Assembly: GCA_964057225.1 (NCBI GenBank)
Contig: OZ059900.1
Span: forward strand, 10,416,001 to 10,480,000
From: Auanema rhodensis
Lineage: Eukaryota > Animalia > Nematoda
Length of the DNA: 64,000 nt
Reading direction: 5' to 3'
Of the stretch, positions 34,101 through 50,611 are shown one piece after another. The notes under the pieces were generated by a model. The model did no database searches, had not been told where the DNA came from, and saw only the letters and a list, made by a program, of their open reading frames with translations. Positions within the stretch are counted from its first letter, which is position 1. Every line of letters begins with the position of its first letter. Made by a program: the position numbers and the translations under genes.

Positions 34101-37100
34101 TATGTATAGTTACATATATACATATAATTAACTTTCATATGATTACGTACATTTCGGGAGAGTGAGATATGGTTACCGAAAACTCGAATGATATACGGAT
34201 ATCACCATCATAGGCCATGTTGCATGATGTTATACAGTCAACTTCTCTGGTTCCTTTGCAATATTCCGTGAAAATCTTTCGCCTTTTACTAAAGATTTCC
34301 GTGCATAGGGACGCATATGAGTATCTTTCTTTTTGGAATCCCCTCGAAAGAGCGGGACATCAGCATATCAAAGCTTCAGATATAACAGGGTTGTAATATC
34401 TACAGCCTTCTTTAAAGAAAACAGCGGATTCAAAAGAAATAAAATAAACTGTAGTTTGCTTTCATCTACAGTATGTATAGTTACATGTATACATATAATT
34501 AACTTCCATATGATTACGTACATTTCGGGAGAGTGAGATATGGTTACCGAAAACTCGAATGATATACGGATATCACCATCATAGGCCATGTTGCATGATG
34601 TTATACAGTCAACTTCTCTGGTTCCTTTGCAATATTCCGTGAAAATCTTTCGCCTTTTACTAAAGATTTCCGTGCATAGGGACGCATATGAGTATCTTTC
34701 TTTTTGGAATCCCCTCGAAAGAGCGGGACATCAGCATATCAAAGCTTCAGATATAACAGGGTTGTAATATCTACAGCCTTCTTTAAAGAAAACAGCGGAT
34801 TCAAAAGAAATAAAATAAACTGTAGTTTGCTTTCATCTACAGTATGTATAGTTACATGTATACATATAATTAACTTCCATATGATTACGTACATTTCGGG
34901 AGAGTGAGATATGGTTACCGAAAACTCGAATGATATACGGATATCACCATCATAGGCCATGTTGCATGATGTTCCACAGTCAACTTCTCTGGTTCCTTTG
35001 CAATATTCCGTGAAAATCTTTCGCCTTTTACTAAAGATTTCCGTGCATAGGGACGCATATGAGTATCTTTCTTTTTGGAATCCCCTCGAAAGAGCGGGAC
35101 ATCAGCATATCAAAGCTTCAGATATAACAGGGTTGTAATATCTACAGCCTTCTTTAAAGAAAACAGCGGATTCAAAAGAAATAAAATAAACTGTAGTTTG
35201 CTTTCATCTACAGTATGTATAGTTACATATATACATATAATTAAGTTCCATGTCATTACGTACATTTCGGGAGAGTGAGATATGGTTACCGAAAACTCGA
35301 ATGATATACGGATATCACCATCATAGGCCATGTTGCATGATGTTCTACAGTCAACTTCTCTGGTTCCTTTGCAATATTCCGTGAAAATCTTTCGCCTTTT
35401 ACTAAAGATTTCCGTGCATAGGGACGCATATGAGTATCTTTCTTTTTGGAATCCCCTCGAAAGAGCGGGACATCAGCATATCAAAGCTTCAGATATAACA
35501 GGGTTGTAATCAGCCTTCTTTAAAGAAAACAGCGGATTCAAAAGAAATAAAATAAACTGTAGTTTGCTTTCATCTACAGTATGTATAGTTACATATATAC
35601 ATATAATTAACTTCTATATGATTACGTACATTTCGGGAGAGTGAGATATGGTTACCGAAAACTCGAATGATATACGGATATCACCATCATAGGCCATGTT
35701 GCATGATGTTATACAGTCAACTTCTCTGGTTCCTTTGCAATATTCCGTGAAAATCTTTCGCCTTTTACTAAAGATTTCCGTGCATAGGGACGCATATGAG
35801 TATCTTTCTTTTTGGAATCCCCTCGAAAGAGCGGGACATCAGCATATCAAAGCTTCAGATATAACAGGGTTGTAATATCTACAGCCTTCTTTAAAGAAAA
35901 CAGCGGATTCAAAAGAAATAAAATAAACTGTAGTTTGCTTTCATCTACAGTATGTATAGTTACATATATACATATAATTAAGTTCCATGTCATTACGTAC
36001 ATTTCGGGAGAGTGAGATATGGTTACCGAAAACTCGAATGATATACGGATATCACCATCATAGGCCATGTTGCATGATGTTATACAGTCAACTTCTCTGG
36101 TTCCTTTGCAATATTCCGTGAAAATCTTTCGCCTTTTACTAAAGATTTCCGTGCATAGGAACGCATATGAGTATCTTTCTTTTTGGAATCCCCTCGAAAG
36201 AGCGGGACATCAGCATATCAAAGCTTCAGATATAACAGGGTTGTAATATCTACAGCCTTCTTTAAAGAAAACAGCGGATTCAAAAGAAATAAAATAAACT
36301 GTAGTTTGCTTTCATCTACAGTATGTATAGTTACATATATACATATAATTAACTTCTATATGATTACGTACATTTCGGGAGAGTGAGATATGGTTACCGA
36401 AAACTCGAATGATATACGGATATCACCATCATAGGCCATGTTGCATGATGTTATACAGTCAACTTCTCTGGTTCCTTTGCAATATTCCGTGAAAATCTTT
36501 CGCCTTTTACTAAAGATTTCCGTGCATAGGAACGCATATGAGTATCTTTCTTTTTGGAATCCCCTCGAAAGAGCGGGACATCAGCATATCAAAGCTTCAG
36601 ATATAACAGGGTTGTAATCAGCCTTCTTTAAAGAAAACAGCGGATTCAAAAGAAATAAAATAAACTGTAGTTTGCTTTCATCTACAGTATGTATAGTTAC
36701 ATATATACATATAATTAACTTCCATATGATTACGTACATTTCGGGAGAGTGAGATATGGTTACCGAAAACTCGAATGATATACGGATATCACCATCATAG
36801 GCCATGTTGCATGATGTTATACAGTCAACTTCTCTGGTTCCTTTGCAATATTCCGTGAAAATCTTTCGCCTTTTACTAAAGATTTCCGTGCATAGGAACG
36901 CATATGAGTATCTTTCTTTTTGGAATCCCCTCGAAAGAGCGGGACATCAGCATATCAAAGCTTCAGATATAACAGGGTTGTAATCAGCCTTCTTTAAAGA
37001 AAACAGCGGATTCAAAAGAAATAAAATAAACTGTAGTTTGCTTTCATCTACAGTATGTATAGTTACATATATACATATAATTAACTTCTATATGATTACG

Positions 37101-40100
37101 TACATTTCGGGAGAGTGAGATATGGTTACCGAAAACTCGAATGATATACGGATATCACCATCATAGGCCATGTTGCATGATGTTATACAGTCAACTTCTC
37201 TGGTTCCTTTGCAATATTCCGTGAAAATCTTTCGCCTTTTACTAAAGATTTCCGTGCATAGGAACGCATATGAGTATCTTTCTTTTTGGAATCCCCTCGA
37301 AAGAGCGGGACATCAGCATATCAAAGCTTCAGATATAACAGGGTTGTAATCAGCCTTCTTTAAAGAAAACAGCGGATTCAAAAGAAATAAAATAAACTGT
37401 AGTTTGCTTTCATCTACAGTATGTATAGTTACATATATACATATAATTAACTTCCATATGATTACGTACATTTCGGGAGAGTGAGATATGGTTACCGAAA
37501 ACTCGAATGATATACGGATATCACCATCATAGGCCATGTTGCATGATGTTATACAGTCAACTTCTCTGGTTCCTTTGCGATATTCCGTGAAAATCTTTCG
37601 CCTTTTACTAAAGATTTCCGTGCATAGGGACGCATATGAGTATCTTTCTTTTTGGAATCTCCTCGAAAGAGCGGGACATCAGCATATCAAAGCTTCAGAT
37701 ATAACAGGGTTGTAATATCTACAGCCTTCTTTAAAGAAAACAGCGGATTCAAAAGAAATAAAATAAACTGTAGTTTGCTTTCATCTACAGTATGTATAGT
37801 TACATATATACATATAATTAACTTTCATATGATTACGTACATTTCGGGAGAGTGAGATATGGTTACCGAAAACTCGAATGATATACGGATATCACCATCA
37901 TAGGCCATGTTGCATGATGTTATACAGTCAACTTCTCTGGTTCCTTTGCAATATTCCGTGAAAATCTTTCGCCTTTTACTAAAGATTTCCGTGCATAGGG
38001 ACGCATATGAGTATCTTTCTTTTTGGAATCCCCTCGAAAGAGCGGGACATCAGCATATCAAAGCTTCAGATATAACAGGGTTGTAATATCTACAGCCTTC
38101 TTTAAAGAAAACAGCGGATTCAAAAGAAATAAAATAAACTGTAGTTTGCTTTCATCTACAGTATGTATAGTTACATATATACATATAATTAACTTCCATA
38201 TGATTACGTACATTTCGGGAGAGTGAGATATGGTTACCGAAAACTCGAATGATATACGGATATCACCATCATAGGCCATGTTGCATGATGTTCTACAGTC
38301 AACTTCTCTGGTTCCTTTGCAATATTCCGTGAAAATCTTTCGCCTTTTACTAAAGATTTCCGTGCATAGGGACGCATATGAGTATCTTTCTTTTTGGAAT
38401 CCCCTCGAAAGAGCGGGACATCAGCATATCAAAGCTTCAGATATAACAGGGTTGTAATATCTACAGCCTTCTTTAAAGAAAACAGCGGATTCAAAAGAAA
38501 TAAAATAAACTGTAGTTTGCTTTCATCTACAGTATGTATAGTTACATATATACATATAATTAACTTCCATATGATTACGTACATTTCGGGAGAGTGAGAT
38601 ATGGTTACCGAAAACTCGAATGATATACGGATATCACCATCATAGGCCATGTTGCATGATGTTATACAGTCAACTTCTCTGGTTCCTTTGCAATATTCCG
38701 TGAAAATCTTTCGCCTTTTACTAAAGATTTCCGTGCATAGGGACGCATATGAGTATCTTTCTTTTTGGAATCCCCTCGAAAGAGCGGGACATCAGCATAT
38801 CAAAGCTTCAGATATAACAGGGTTGTAATATCTACAGCCTTCTTTAAAGAAAACAGCGGATTCAAAAGAAATAAAATAAACTGTAGTTTGCTTTCATCTA
38901 CAGTATGTATAGTTACATGTATACATATAATTAACTTCCATATGATTACGTACATTTCGGGAGAGTGAGATATGGTTACCGAAAACTCGAATGATATACG
39001 GATATCACCATCATAGGCCATGTTGCATGATGTTCTACAGTCAACTTCTCTGGTTCCTTTGCAATATTCCGTGAAAATCTTTCGCCTTTTACTAAAGATT
39101 TCCGTGCATAGGGACGCATATGAGTATCTTTCTTTTTGGAATCCCCTCGAAAGAGCGGGACATCAGCATATCAAAGCTTCAGATATAACAGGGTTGTAAT
39201 ATCTACAGCCTTCTTTAAAGAAAACAGCGGATTCAAAAGAAATAAAATAAACTGTAGTTTGCTTTCATCTACAGTATGTATAGTTACATATATACATATA
39301 ATTAACTTTCATATGATTACGTACATTTCGGGAGAGTGAGATATGGTTACCGAAAACTCGAATGATATACGGATATCACCATCATAGGCCATATTGCATG
39401 ATGTTATACAGTCAACTTCTCTGGTTCCTTTGCAATATTCCGTGAAAATCTTTCGCCTTTTACTAAAGATTTCCGTGCATAGGGACGCATATGAGTATCT
39501 TTCTTTTTGGAATCCCCTCGAAAGAGCGGGACATCAGCATATCAAAGCTTCAGATATAACAGGGTTGTAATATCTACAGCCTTCTTTAAAGAAAACAGCG
39601 GATTCAAAAGAAATAAAATAAACTGTAGTTTGCGTTCATCTACAGTATGTATAGTTACATATATACATATAATTAACTTCCATATGATTACGTACATTTC
39701 GGGAGAGTGAGATATGGTTACCGAAAACTCGAATGATATACGGATATCACCATCATAGGCCATGTTGCATGATGTTCTACAGTCAACTTCTCTGGTTCCT
39801 TTGCAATATTCCGTGAAAATCTTTCGCCTTTTACTAAAGATTTCCGTGCATAGGGACGCATATGAGTATCTTTCTTTTTGGAATCCCCTCGAAAGAGCGG
39901 GACATCAGCATATCAAAGCTTCAGATATAACAGGGTTGTAATATCTACAGCCTTCTTTAAAGAAAACAGCGGATTCAAAAGAAATAAAATAAACTGTAGT
40001 TTGCTTTCATCTACAGTATGTTTAGTTACATATATACATATAATTAACTTCCATATGATTACGTACATTTCGGGAGAGTGAGATATGGTTACCGAAAACT

Positions 40101-43100
40101 CGAATGATATACGGATATCACCATCATAGGCCATGTTGCATGATGTTATACAGTCAACTTCTCTGGTTCCTTTGCAATATTCCGTGAAAATCTTTCGCCT
40201 TTTACTAAAGATTTCCGTGCATAGGGACGCATATGAGTATCTTTCTTTTTGGAATCCCCTCGAAAGAGCGGGACATCAGCATATCAAAGCTTCAGATATA
40301 ACAGGGTTGTAATATCTACAGCCTTCTTTAAAGAAAACAGCGGATTCAAAAGAAATAAAATAAACTGTAGTTTGCTTTCATCTACAGTATGTATAGTTAC
40401 ATATATACATATAATTAACTTTCATATGATTACGTACATTTCGGGAGAGTGAGATATGGTTACCGAAAACTCGAATGATATACGGATATCACCATCATAG
40501 GCCATGTTGCATGATGTTCTACAGTCAACTTCTCTGGTTCCTTTGCAATATTCCGTGAAAATCTTTCGCCTTTTACTAAAGATTTCCGTGCATAGGGACG
40601 CATATGAGTATCTTTCTTTTTGGAATCCCCTCGAAAGAGCGGGACATCAGCATATCAAAGCTTCAGATATAACAGGGTTGTAATATCTACAGCCTTCTTT
40701 AAAGAAAACAGCGGATTCAAAAGAAATAAAATAAACTGTAGTTTGCTTTCATCTACAGTATGTATAGTTACATATATACATATAATTAACTTTCATATGA
40801 TTACGTACATTTCGGGAGAGTGAGATATGGTTACCGAAAACTCGAATGATATACGGATATCACCATCATAGGCCATGTTGCATAATGTTATACAGTCAAC
40901 TTCTCTGGTTCCTTTGCAATATTCCGTGAAAATCTTTCGCCTTTTACTAAAGATTTCCGTGCATAGGGACGCATATGAGTATCTTTCTTTTTGGAATCCC
41001 CTCGAAAGAGCGGGACATCAGCATATCAAAGCTTCAGATATAACAGGGTTGTAATATCTACAGCCTTCTTTAAAGAAAACAGCGGATTCAAAAGAAATAA
41101 AATAAACTGTAGTTTGCTTTCATCTACAGTATGTATAGTTACATATATACATATAATTAAGTTCCATATGATTACGTACATTTCGGGAGAGTGAGATATG
41201 GTTACCGAAAACTCGAATGATATACGGATATCACCATCATAGGCCATGTTGCATGATGTTATACAGTCAACTTCTCTGGTTCCTTTGCAATATTCCGTGA
41301 AAATCTTTCGCCTTTTACTAAAGATTTCCGTGCATAGGGACGCATATGAGTATCTTTCTTTTTGGAATCCCCTCGAAAGAGCGGGACATCAGCATATCAA
41401 AGCTTCAGATATAACAGGGTTGTAATATCTACAGCCTTCTTTAAAGAAAACAGCGGATTCAAAAGAAATAAAATAAACTGTAGTTTGCTTTCATCTACAG
41501 TATGTATAGTTACATATATACATATAATTAGCTTTCATATGATTACGTACATTTCGGGAGAGTGAGATATGGTTACCGAAAACTCGAATGATATACGGAT
41601 ATCACCATCATAGGCCATGTTGCATGATGTTATACAGTCAACTTCTCTGGTTCCTTTGCAATATTCCGTGAAAATCTTTCGCCTTTTACTAAAGATTTCC
41701 GTGCATAGGGACGCATATGAGTATCTTTCTTTTTGGAATCCCCTCGAAAGAGCGGGACATCAGCATATCAAAGCTTCAGATATAACAGGGTTGTAATCAG
41801 CCTTCTTTAAAGAAAACAGCGGATTCAAAAGAAATAAAATAAACTGTAGTTTGCTTTCATCTACAGTATGTATAGTTACATGTATACATATAATTAACTT
41901 CCATATGATTACGTACATTTCGGGAGAGTGAGATATGGTTACCGAAAACTCGAATGATATACGGATATCACCATCATAGGCCATGTTGCATGATGTTATA
42001 CAGTCAACTTCTCTGGTTCCTTTGCAATATTCCGTGAAAATCTTTCGCCTTTTACTAAAGATTTCCGTGCATAGGGACGCATATGAGTATCTTTCTTTTT
42101 GGAATCCCCTCGAAAGAGCGGGACATCAGCATATCAAAGCTTCAGATATAACAGGGTTGTAATATCTACAGCCTTCTTTAAAGAAAACAGCGGATTCAAA
42201 AGAAATAAAATAAACTGTAGTTTGCTTTCATCTACAGTATGTATAGTTACATATATACATATAATTAACTTTCATATGATTACGTACATTTCGGGAGAGT
42301 GAGATATGGTTACCGAAAACTCGAATGATATACGGATATCACCATCATAGGCCATGTTGCATGATGTTATACAGTCAACTTCTCTGGTTCCTTTGCAATA
42401 TTCCGTGAAAATCTTTCGCCTTTTACTAAAGATTTCCGTGCATAGGGACGCATATGAGTATCTTTCTTTTTGGAATCCCCTCGAAAGAGCGGGACATCAG
42501 CATATCAAAGCTTCAGATATAACAGGGTTGTAATCAGCCTTCTTTAAAGAAAACAGCGGATTCAAAAGAAATAAAATAAACTGTAGTTTGCTTTCATCTA
42601 CAGTATGTATAGTTACATATATACATATAATTAAGTTCCATATGATTACGTACATTTCGGGAGAGTGAGATATGGTTACCGAAAACTCGAATGATATACG
42701 GATATCACCATCATAGGCCATGTTGCATGATGTTATACAGTCAACTTCTCTGGTTCCTTTGCAATATTCCGTGAAAATCTTTCGCCTTTTACTAAAGATT
42801 TCCGTGCATAGGGACGTATATGAGTATCTTTCTTTTTGGAATCCCCTCGAAAGAGCGGGACATCAGCATATCAAAGCTTCAGATATAACAGGGTTGTAAT
42901 ATCTACAGCCTTCTTTAAAGAAAACAGCGGATTCAAAAGAAATAAAATAAACTGTAGTTTGCTTTCATCTACAGTATGTATAGTTACATATATACATATA
43001 ATTAACTTCCATATGATTACGTACATTTCGGGAGAGTGAGATATGGTTACCGAAAACTCGAATGATATACGGATATCACCATCATAGGCCATGTTGCATG

Positions 43101-44690
43101 ATGTTATACAGTCAACTTCTCTGGTTCCTTTGCAATATTCCGTGAAAATCTTTCGCCTTTTACTAAAGATTTCCGTGCATAGGGACGCATATGAGTATCT
43201 TTCTTTTTGGAATCCCCTCGAAAGAGCGGGACATCAGCATATCAAAGCTTCAGATATAACAGGGTTGTAATATCTACAGCCTTCTTTAAAGAAAACAGCG
43301 GATTCAAAAGAAATAAAATAAACTGTAGTTTGCTTTCATCTACAGTATGTATAGTTACATATATACATATAATTAACTTCCATATGATTACGTACATTTC
43401 GGGAGAGTGAGATATGGTTACCGAAAACTCGAATGATATACGGATATCACCATCATAGGCCATGTTGCATGATGTTATACAGTCAACTTCTCTGGTTCCT
43501 TTGCAATATTCCGTGAAAATCTTTCGCCTTTTACTAAAGATTTCCGTGCATAGGGACGCATATGAGTATCTTTCTTTTTGGAATCCCCTCGAAAGAGCGG
43601 GACATCAGCATATCAAAGCTTCAGATATAACAGGGTTGTAATATCTACAGCCTTCTTTAAAGAAAACAGCGGATTCAAAAGAAATAAAATAAACTGTAGT
43701 TTGCTTTCATCTACAGTATGTTTAGTTACATATATACATATAATTAACTTCCATATGATTACGTACATTTCGGGAGAGTGAGATATGGTTACCGAAAACT
43801 CGAATGATATACGGATATCACCATCATAGGCCATGTTGCATGATGTTATACAGTCAACTTCTCTGGTTCCTTTGCAATATTCCGTGAAAATCTTTCGCCT
43901 TTTACTAAAGATTTCCGTGCATAGGGACGCATATGAGTATCTTTCTTTTTGGAATCCCCTCGAAAGAGCGGGACATCAGCATATCAAAGCTTCAGATATA
44001 ACAGGGTAGTAATATCTACAGCCTTCTTTAAAGAAAACAGCGGATTCAAAAGAAATAAAATAAACTGTAGTTTGCTTTCATCTACAGTATGTATAGTTAC
44101 ATATATACATATAATTAACTTCCATATGATTACGTACATTTCGGGAGAGTGAGATATGGTTACCGAAAACTCGAATGATATACGGATATCACCATCATAG
44201 GCCATGTTGCATGATGTTATACAGTCAACTTCTCTGGTTCCTTTGCAATATTCCGTGAAAATCTTTCGCCTTTTACTAAAGATTTCCGTGCATAGGGACG
44301 CATATGAGTATCTTTCTTTTTGGAATCCCCTCGAAAGAGCGGGACATCAGCATATCAAAGCTTCAGATATAACAGGGTTGTAATATCTACAGCCTTCTTT
44401 AAAGAAAACAGCGGATTCAAAAGAAATAAAATAAACTGTAGTTTGCTTTCATCTACAGTATGTATAGTTACATATATACATATAATTAACTTCCATATGA
44501 TTACGTACATTTCGGGAGAGTGAGATATGGTTACCGAAAACTCGAATGATATACGGATATCACCATCATAGGCCATGTTGCATGATGTTATACAGTCAAC
44601 TTCTCTGGTTCCTTTGCAATATTCCGTGAAAATCTTTCGCCTTTTACTAAAGATTTCCGTGCATAGGGACGCATATGAGTATCTTTCTTT

Positions 44691-47600
44691 TTGGAATCCC
44701 CTCGAAAGAGCGGGACATCAGCATATCAAAGCTTCAGATATAACAGGGTTGTAATATCTACAGCCTTCTTTAAAGAAAACAGCGGATTCAAAAGAAATAA
44801 AATAAACTGTAGTTTGCTTTCATCTACAGTATGTATAGTTACATATATACATATAATTAGCTTTCATATGATTACGTACATTTCGGGAGAGTGAGATATG
44901 GTTACCGAAAACTCGAATGATATACGGATATCACCATCATAGGCCATGTTGCATGATGTTATACAGTCAACTTCTCTGGTTCCTTTGCAATATTCCGTGA
45001 AAATCTTTCGCCTTTTACTAAAGATTTCCGTGCATAGGGACGCATATGAGTATCTTTCTTTTTGGAATCCCCTCGAAAGAGCGGGACATCAGCATATCAA
45101 AGCTTCAGATATAACAGGGTTGTAATCAGCCTTCTTTAAAGAAAACAGCGGATTCAAAAGAAATAAAATAAACTGTAGTTTGCTTTCATCTACAGTATGT
45201 ATAGTTACATATATACATATAATTAAGTTCCATATGATTACGTACATTTCGGGAGAGTGAGATATGGTTACCGAAAACTCGAATGATATACGGATATCAC
45301 CATCATAGGCCATGTTGCATGATGTTATACAGTCAACTTCTCTGGTTCCTTTGCAATATTCCGTGAAAATCTTTCGCCTTTTACTAAAGATTTCCGTGCA
45401 TAGGGACGCATATGAGTATCTTTCTTTTTGGAATCCCCTCGAAAGAGCGGGACATCAGCATATCAAAGCTTCAGATATAACAGGGTTGTAATATCTACAG
45501 CCTTCTTTAAAGAAAACAGCGGATTCAAAAGAAATAAAATAAACTGTAGTTTGCTTTCATCTACAGTATGTATAGTTACATATATAAATATAATTAACTT
45601 CCATATGATTACGTACATTTCGGGAGAGTGAGATATGGTTACCGAAAACTCGAATGATATACAGATATCACCATCATAGGCCATGTTGCATGATGTTATA
45701 CAGTCAACTTCTCTGGTTCCTTTGCAATATTCCGTGAAAATCTTTCGCCTTTTACTAAAGATTTCCGTGCATAGGGACGCATATGAGTATCTTTCTTTTT
45801 GGAATCCCCTCGAAAGAGCGGGACATCAGCATATCAAAGCTTCAGATATAACAGGGTTGTAATATCTACAGCCTTCTTTAAAGAAAACAGCGGATTCAAA
45901 AGAAATAAAATAAACTGTAGTTTGCTTTCATCTACAGTATGTATAGTTACATATATACATATAATTAACTTCCATATGATTACGTACATTTCGGGAGAGT
46001 GAGATATGGTTACCGAAAACTCGAATGATATACGGATATCACCATCATAGGCCATGTTGCATGATGTTATACAGTCAACTTCTCTGGTTCCTTTGCAATA
46101 TTCCGTGAAAATCTTTCGCCTTTTACTAAAGATTTCCGTGCATAGGGACGCATATGAGTATCTTTCTTTTTGGAATCCCCTCGAAAGAGCGGGACATCAG
46201 CATATCAAAGCTTCAGATATAACAGGGTTGTAATATCTACAGCCTTCTTTAAAGAAAACAGCGGATTCAAAAGAAATAAAATAAACTGTAGTTTGCGTTC
46301 ATCTACAGTATGTATAGTTACATATATACATATAATTAACTTCCATATGATTACGTACATTTCGGGAGAGTGAGATATGGTTACCGAAAACTCGAATGAT
46401 ATACGGATATCACCATCATAGGCCATGTTGCATGATGTTATACAGTCAACTTCTCTGGTTCCTTTGCAATATTCCGTGAAAATCTTTCGCCTTTTACTAA
46501 AGATTTCCGTGCATAGGGACGCATATGAGTATCTTTCTTTTTGGAATCCCCTCGAAAGAGCGGGACATCAGCATATCAAAGCTTCAGATATAACAGGGTT
46601 GTAATATCTACAGCCTTCTTTAAAGAAAACAGCGGATTCAAAAGAAATAAAATAAACTGTAGTTTGCTTTCATCTACAGTATGTATAGTTACATATATAC
46701 ATATAATTAACTTCCATATGATTACGTACATTTCGGGAGAGTGAGATATGGTTACCGAAAACTCGAATGATATACGGATATCACCATCATAGGCCATGTT
46801 GCATGATGTTATACAGTCAACTTCTCTGGTTCCTTTGCAATATTCCGTGAAAATCTTTCGCCTTTTACTAAAGATTTCCGTGCATAGGGACGCATATGAG
46901 TATCTTTCTTTTTGGAATCCCCTCGAAAGAGCGGGACATCAGCATATCAAAGCTTCAGATATAACAGGGTTGTAATATCTACAGCCTTCTTTAAAGAAAA
47001 CAGCGGATTCAAAAGAAATAAAATAAACTGTAGTTTGCTTTCATCTACAGTATGTATAGTTACATATATACATATAATTAACTTCCATATGATTACGTAC
47101 ATTTCGGGAGAGTGAGATATGGTTACCGAAAACTCGAATGATATACGGATATCACCATCATAGGCCATGTTGCATGATGTTATACAGTCAACTTCTCTGG
47201 TTCCTTTGCAATATTCCGTGAAAATCTTTCGCCTTTTACTAAAGATTTCCGTGCATAGGGACGCATATGAGTATCTTTCTTTTTGGAATCCCCTAGAAAG
47301 AGCGGGACATCAGCATATCAAAGCTTCAGATATAACAGGGTTGTAATATCTACAGCCTTCTTTAAAGAAAACAGCGGATTCAAAAGAAATAAAATAAACT
47401 GTAGTTTGCTTTCATCTACAGTATGTATAGTTACATATATACATATAATTAACTTCCATATGATTACGTACATTTCGGGAGAGTGAGATATGGTTACCGA
47501 AAACTCGAATGATATACGGATATCACCATCATAGGCCATGTTGCATGATGTTATACAGTCAACTTCTCTGGTTCCTTTGCAATATTCCGTGAAAATCTTT

Positions 47601-50600
47601 CGCCTTTTACTAAAGATTTCCGTGCATAGGGACGCATATGAGTATCTTTCTTTTTGGAATCCCCTCGAAAGAGCGGGACATCAGCATATCAAAGCTTCAG
47701 ATATAACAGGGTTGTAATCAGCCTTCTTTAAAGAAAACAGCGGATTCAAAAGAAATAAAATAAACTGTAGTTTGCTTTCATCTACAGTATGTATAGTTAC
47801 ATATATACATATAATTAACTTCCATATGATTACGTACATTTCGGGAGAGTGAGATATGGTTACCGAAAACTCGAATGATATACGGATATCACCATCATAG
47901 GCCATGTTGCATGATGTTATACAGTCAACTTCTCTGGTTCCTTTGCAATATTCCGTGAAAATCTTTCGCCTTTTACTAAAGATTTCCGTGCATAGGGACG
48001 CATATGAGTATCTTTCTTTTTGGAATCCCCTCGAAAGAGCGGGACATCAGCATATCAAAGCTTCAGATATAACAGGGTTGTAATATCTACAGCCTTCTTT
48101 AAAGAAAACAGCGGATTCAAAAGAAATAAAATAAACTGTAGTTTGCTTTCATCTACAGTATGTATAGTTACATATATACATATAATTAACTTCCATATGA
48201 TTACGTACATTTCGGGAGAGTGAGATATGGTTACCGAAAACTCGAATGATATACGGATATCACCATCATAGGCCATGTTGCATGATGTTATACAGTCAAC
48301 TTCTCTGGTTCCTTTGCAATATTCCGTGAAAATCTTTCGCCTTTTACTAAAGATTTCCGTGCATAGGGACGCATATGAGTATCTTTCTTTTTGGAATCCC
48401 CTCGAAAGAGCGGGACATCAGCATATCAAAGCTTCAGATATAACAGGGTTGTAATATCTACAGCCTTCTTTAAAGAAAACAGCGGATTCAAAAGAAATAA
48501 AATAAACTGTAGTTTGCTTTCATCTACAGTATGTATAGTTACATATATACATATAATTAGCTTTCATATGATTACGTACATTTCGGGAGAGTGAGATATG
48601 GTTACCGAAAACTCGAATGATATACGGATATCACCATCATAGGCCATGTTGCATGATGTTATACAGTCAACTTCTCTGGTTCCTTTGCAATATTCCGTGA
48701 AAATCTTTCGCCTTTTACTAAAGATTTCCGTGCATAGGGACGCATATGAGTATCTTTCTTTTTGGAATCCCCTCGAAAGAGCGGGACATCAGCATATCAA
48801 AGCTTCAGATATAACAGGGTTGTAATCAGCCTTCTTTAAAGAAAACAGCGGATTCAAAAGAAATAAAATAAACTGTAGTTTGCTTTCATCTACAGTATGT
48901 ATAGTTACATATATACATATAATTAAGTTCCATATGATTACGTACATTTCGGGAGAGTGAGATATGGTTACCGAAAACTCGAATGATATACGGATATCAC
49001 CATCATAGGCCATGTTGCATGATGTTATACAGTCAACTTCTCTGGTTCCTTTGCAATATTCCGTGAAAATCTTTCGCCTTTTACTAAAGATTTCCGTGCA
49101 TAGGGACGCATATGAGTATCTTTCTTTTTGGAATCCCCTCGAAAGAGCGGGACATCAGCATATCAAAGCTTCAGATATAACAGGGTTGTAATATCTACAG
49201 CCTTCTTTAAAGAAAACAGCGGATTCAAAAGAAATAAAATAAACTGTAGTTTGCTTTCATCTACAGTATGTATAGTTACATATATACATATAATTAACTT
49301 CCATATGATTACGTACATTTCGGGAGAGTGAGATATGGTTACCGAAAACTCGAATGATATACAGATATCACCATCATAGGCCATGTTGCATGATGTTATA
49401 CAGTCAACTTCTCTGGTTCCTTTGCAATATTCCGTGAAAATCTTTCGCCTTTTACTAAAGATTTCCGTGCATAGGGACGCATATGAGTATCTTTCTTTTT
49501 GGAATCCCCTCGAAAGAGCGGGACATCAGCATATCAAAGTTTCAGATATAACAGGGTTGTAATATCTACAGCCTTCTTTAAAGAAAACAGCGGATTCAAA
49601 AGAAATAAAATAAACTGTAGTTTGCTTTCATCTACAGTATGTATAGTTACATATATACATATAATTAACTTCCATATGATTACGTACATTTCGGGAGAGT
49701 GAGATATGGTTACCGAAAACTCGAATGATATACGGATATCACCATCATAGGCCATGTTGCATGATGTTATACAGTCAACTTCTCTGGTTCCTTTGCAATA
49801 TTCCGTGAAAATCTTTCGCCTTTTACTAAAGATTTCCGTGCATAGGGACGCATATGAGTATCTTTCTTTTTGGAATCCCCTCGAAAGAGCGGGACATCAG
49901 CATATCAAAGCTTCAGATATAACAGGGTTGTAATATCTACAGCCTTCTTTAAAGAAAACAGCGGATTCAAAAGAAATAAAATAAACTGTAGTTTGCGTTC
50001 ATCTACAGTATGTATAGTTACATATATACATATAATTAACTTCCATATGATTACGTACATTTCGGGAGAGTGAGATATGGTTACCGAAAACTCGAATGAT
50101 ATACGGATATCACCATCATAGGCCATGTTGCATGATGTTATACAGTCAACTTCTCTGGTTCCTTTGCAATATTCCGTGAAAATCTTTCGCCTTTTACTAA
50201 AGATTTCCGTGCATAGGGACGCATATGAGTATCTTTCTTTTTGGAATCCCCTCGAAAGAGCGGGACATCAGCATATCAAAGCTTCAGATATAACAGGGTT
50301 GTAATATCTACAGCCTTCTTTAAAGAAAACAGCGGATTCAAAAGAAATAAAATAAACTGTAGTTTGCTTTCATCTACAGTATGTATAGTTACATATATAC
50401 ATATAATTAACTTCCATATGATTACGTACATTTCGGGAGAGTGAGATATGGTTACCGAAAACTCGAATGATATACGGATATCACCATCATAGGCCATGTT
50501 GCATGATGTTATACAGTCAACTTCTCTGGTTCCTTTGCAATATTCCGTGAAAATCTTTCGCCTTTTACTAAAGATTTCCGTGCATAGGGACGCATATGAG

Positions 50601-50611
50601 TATCTTTCTTT
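44691..50611. repeat. Block duplication with 10-monomer (3700 bp) offset
   Basis: Rare variants recur at +3700: 44691/48391, 45089/48789, 45463/49163, 46170/49870 in the ORF track. Confidence 0.85.
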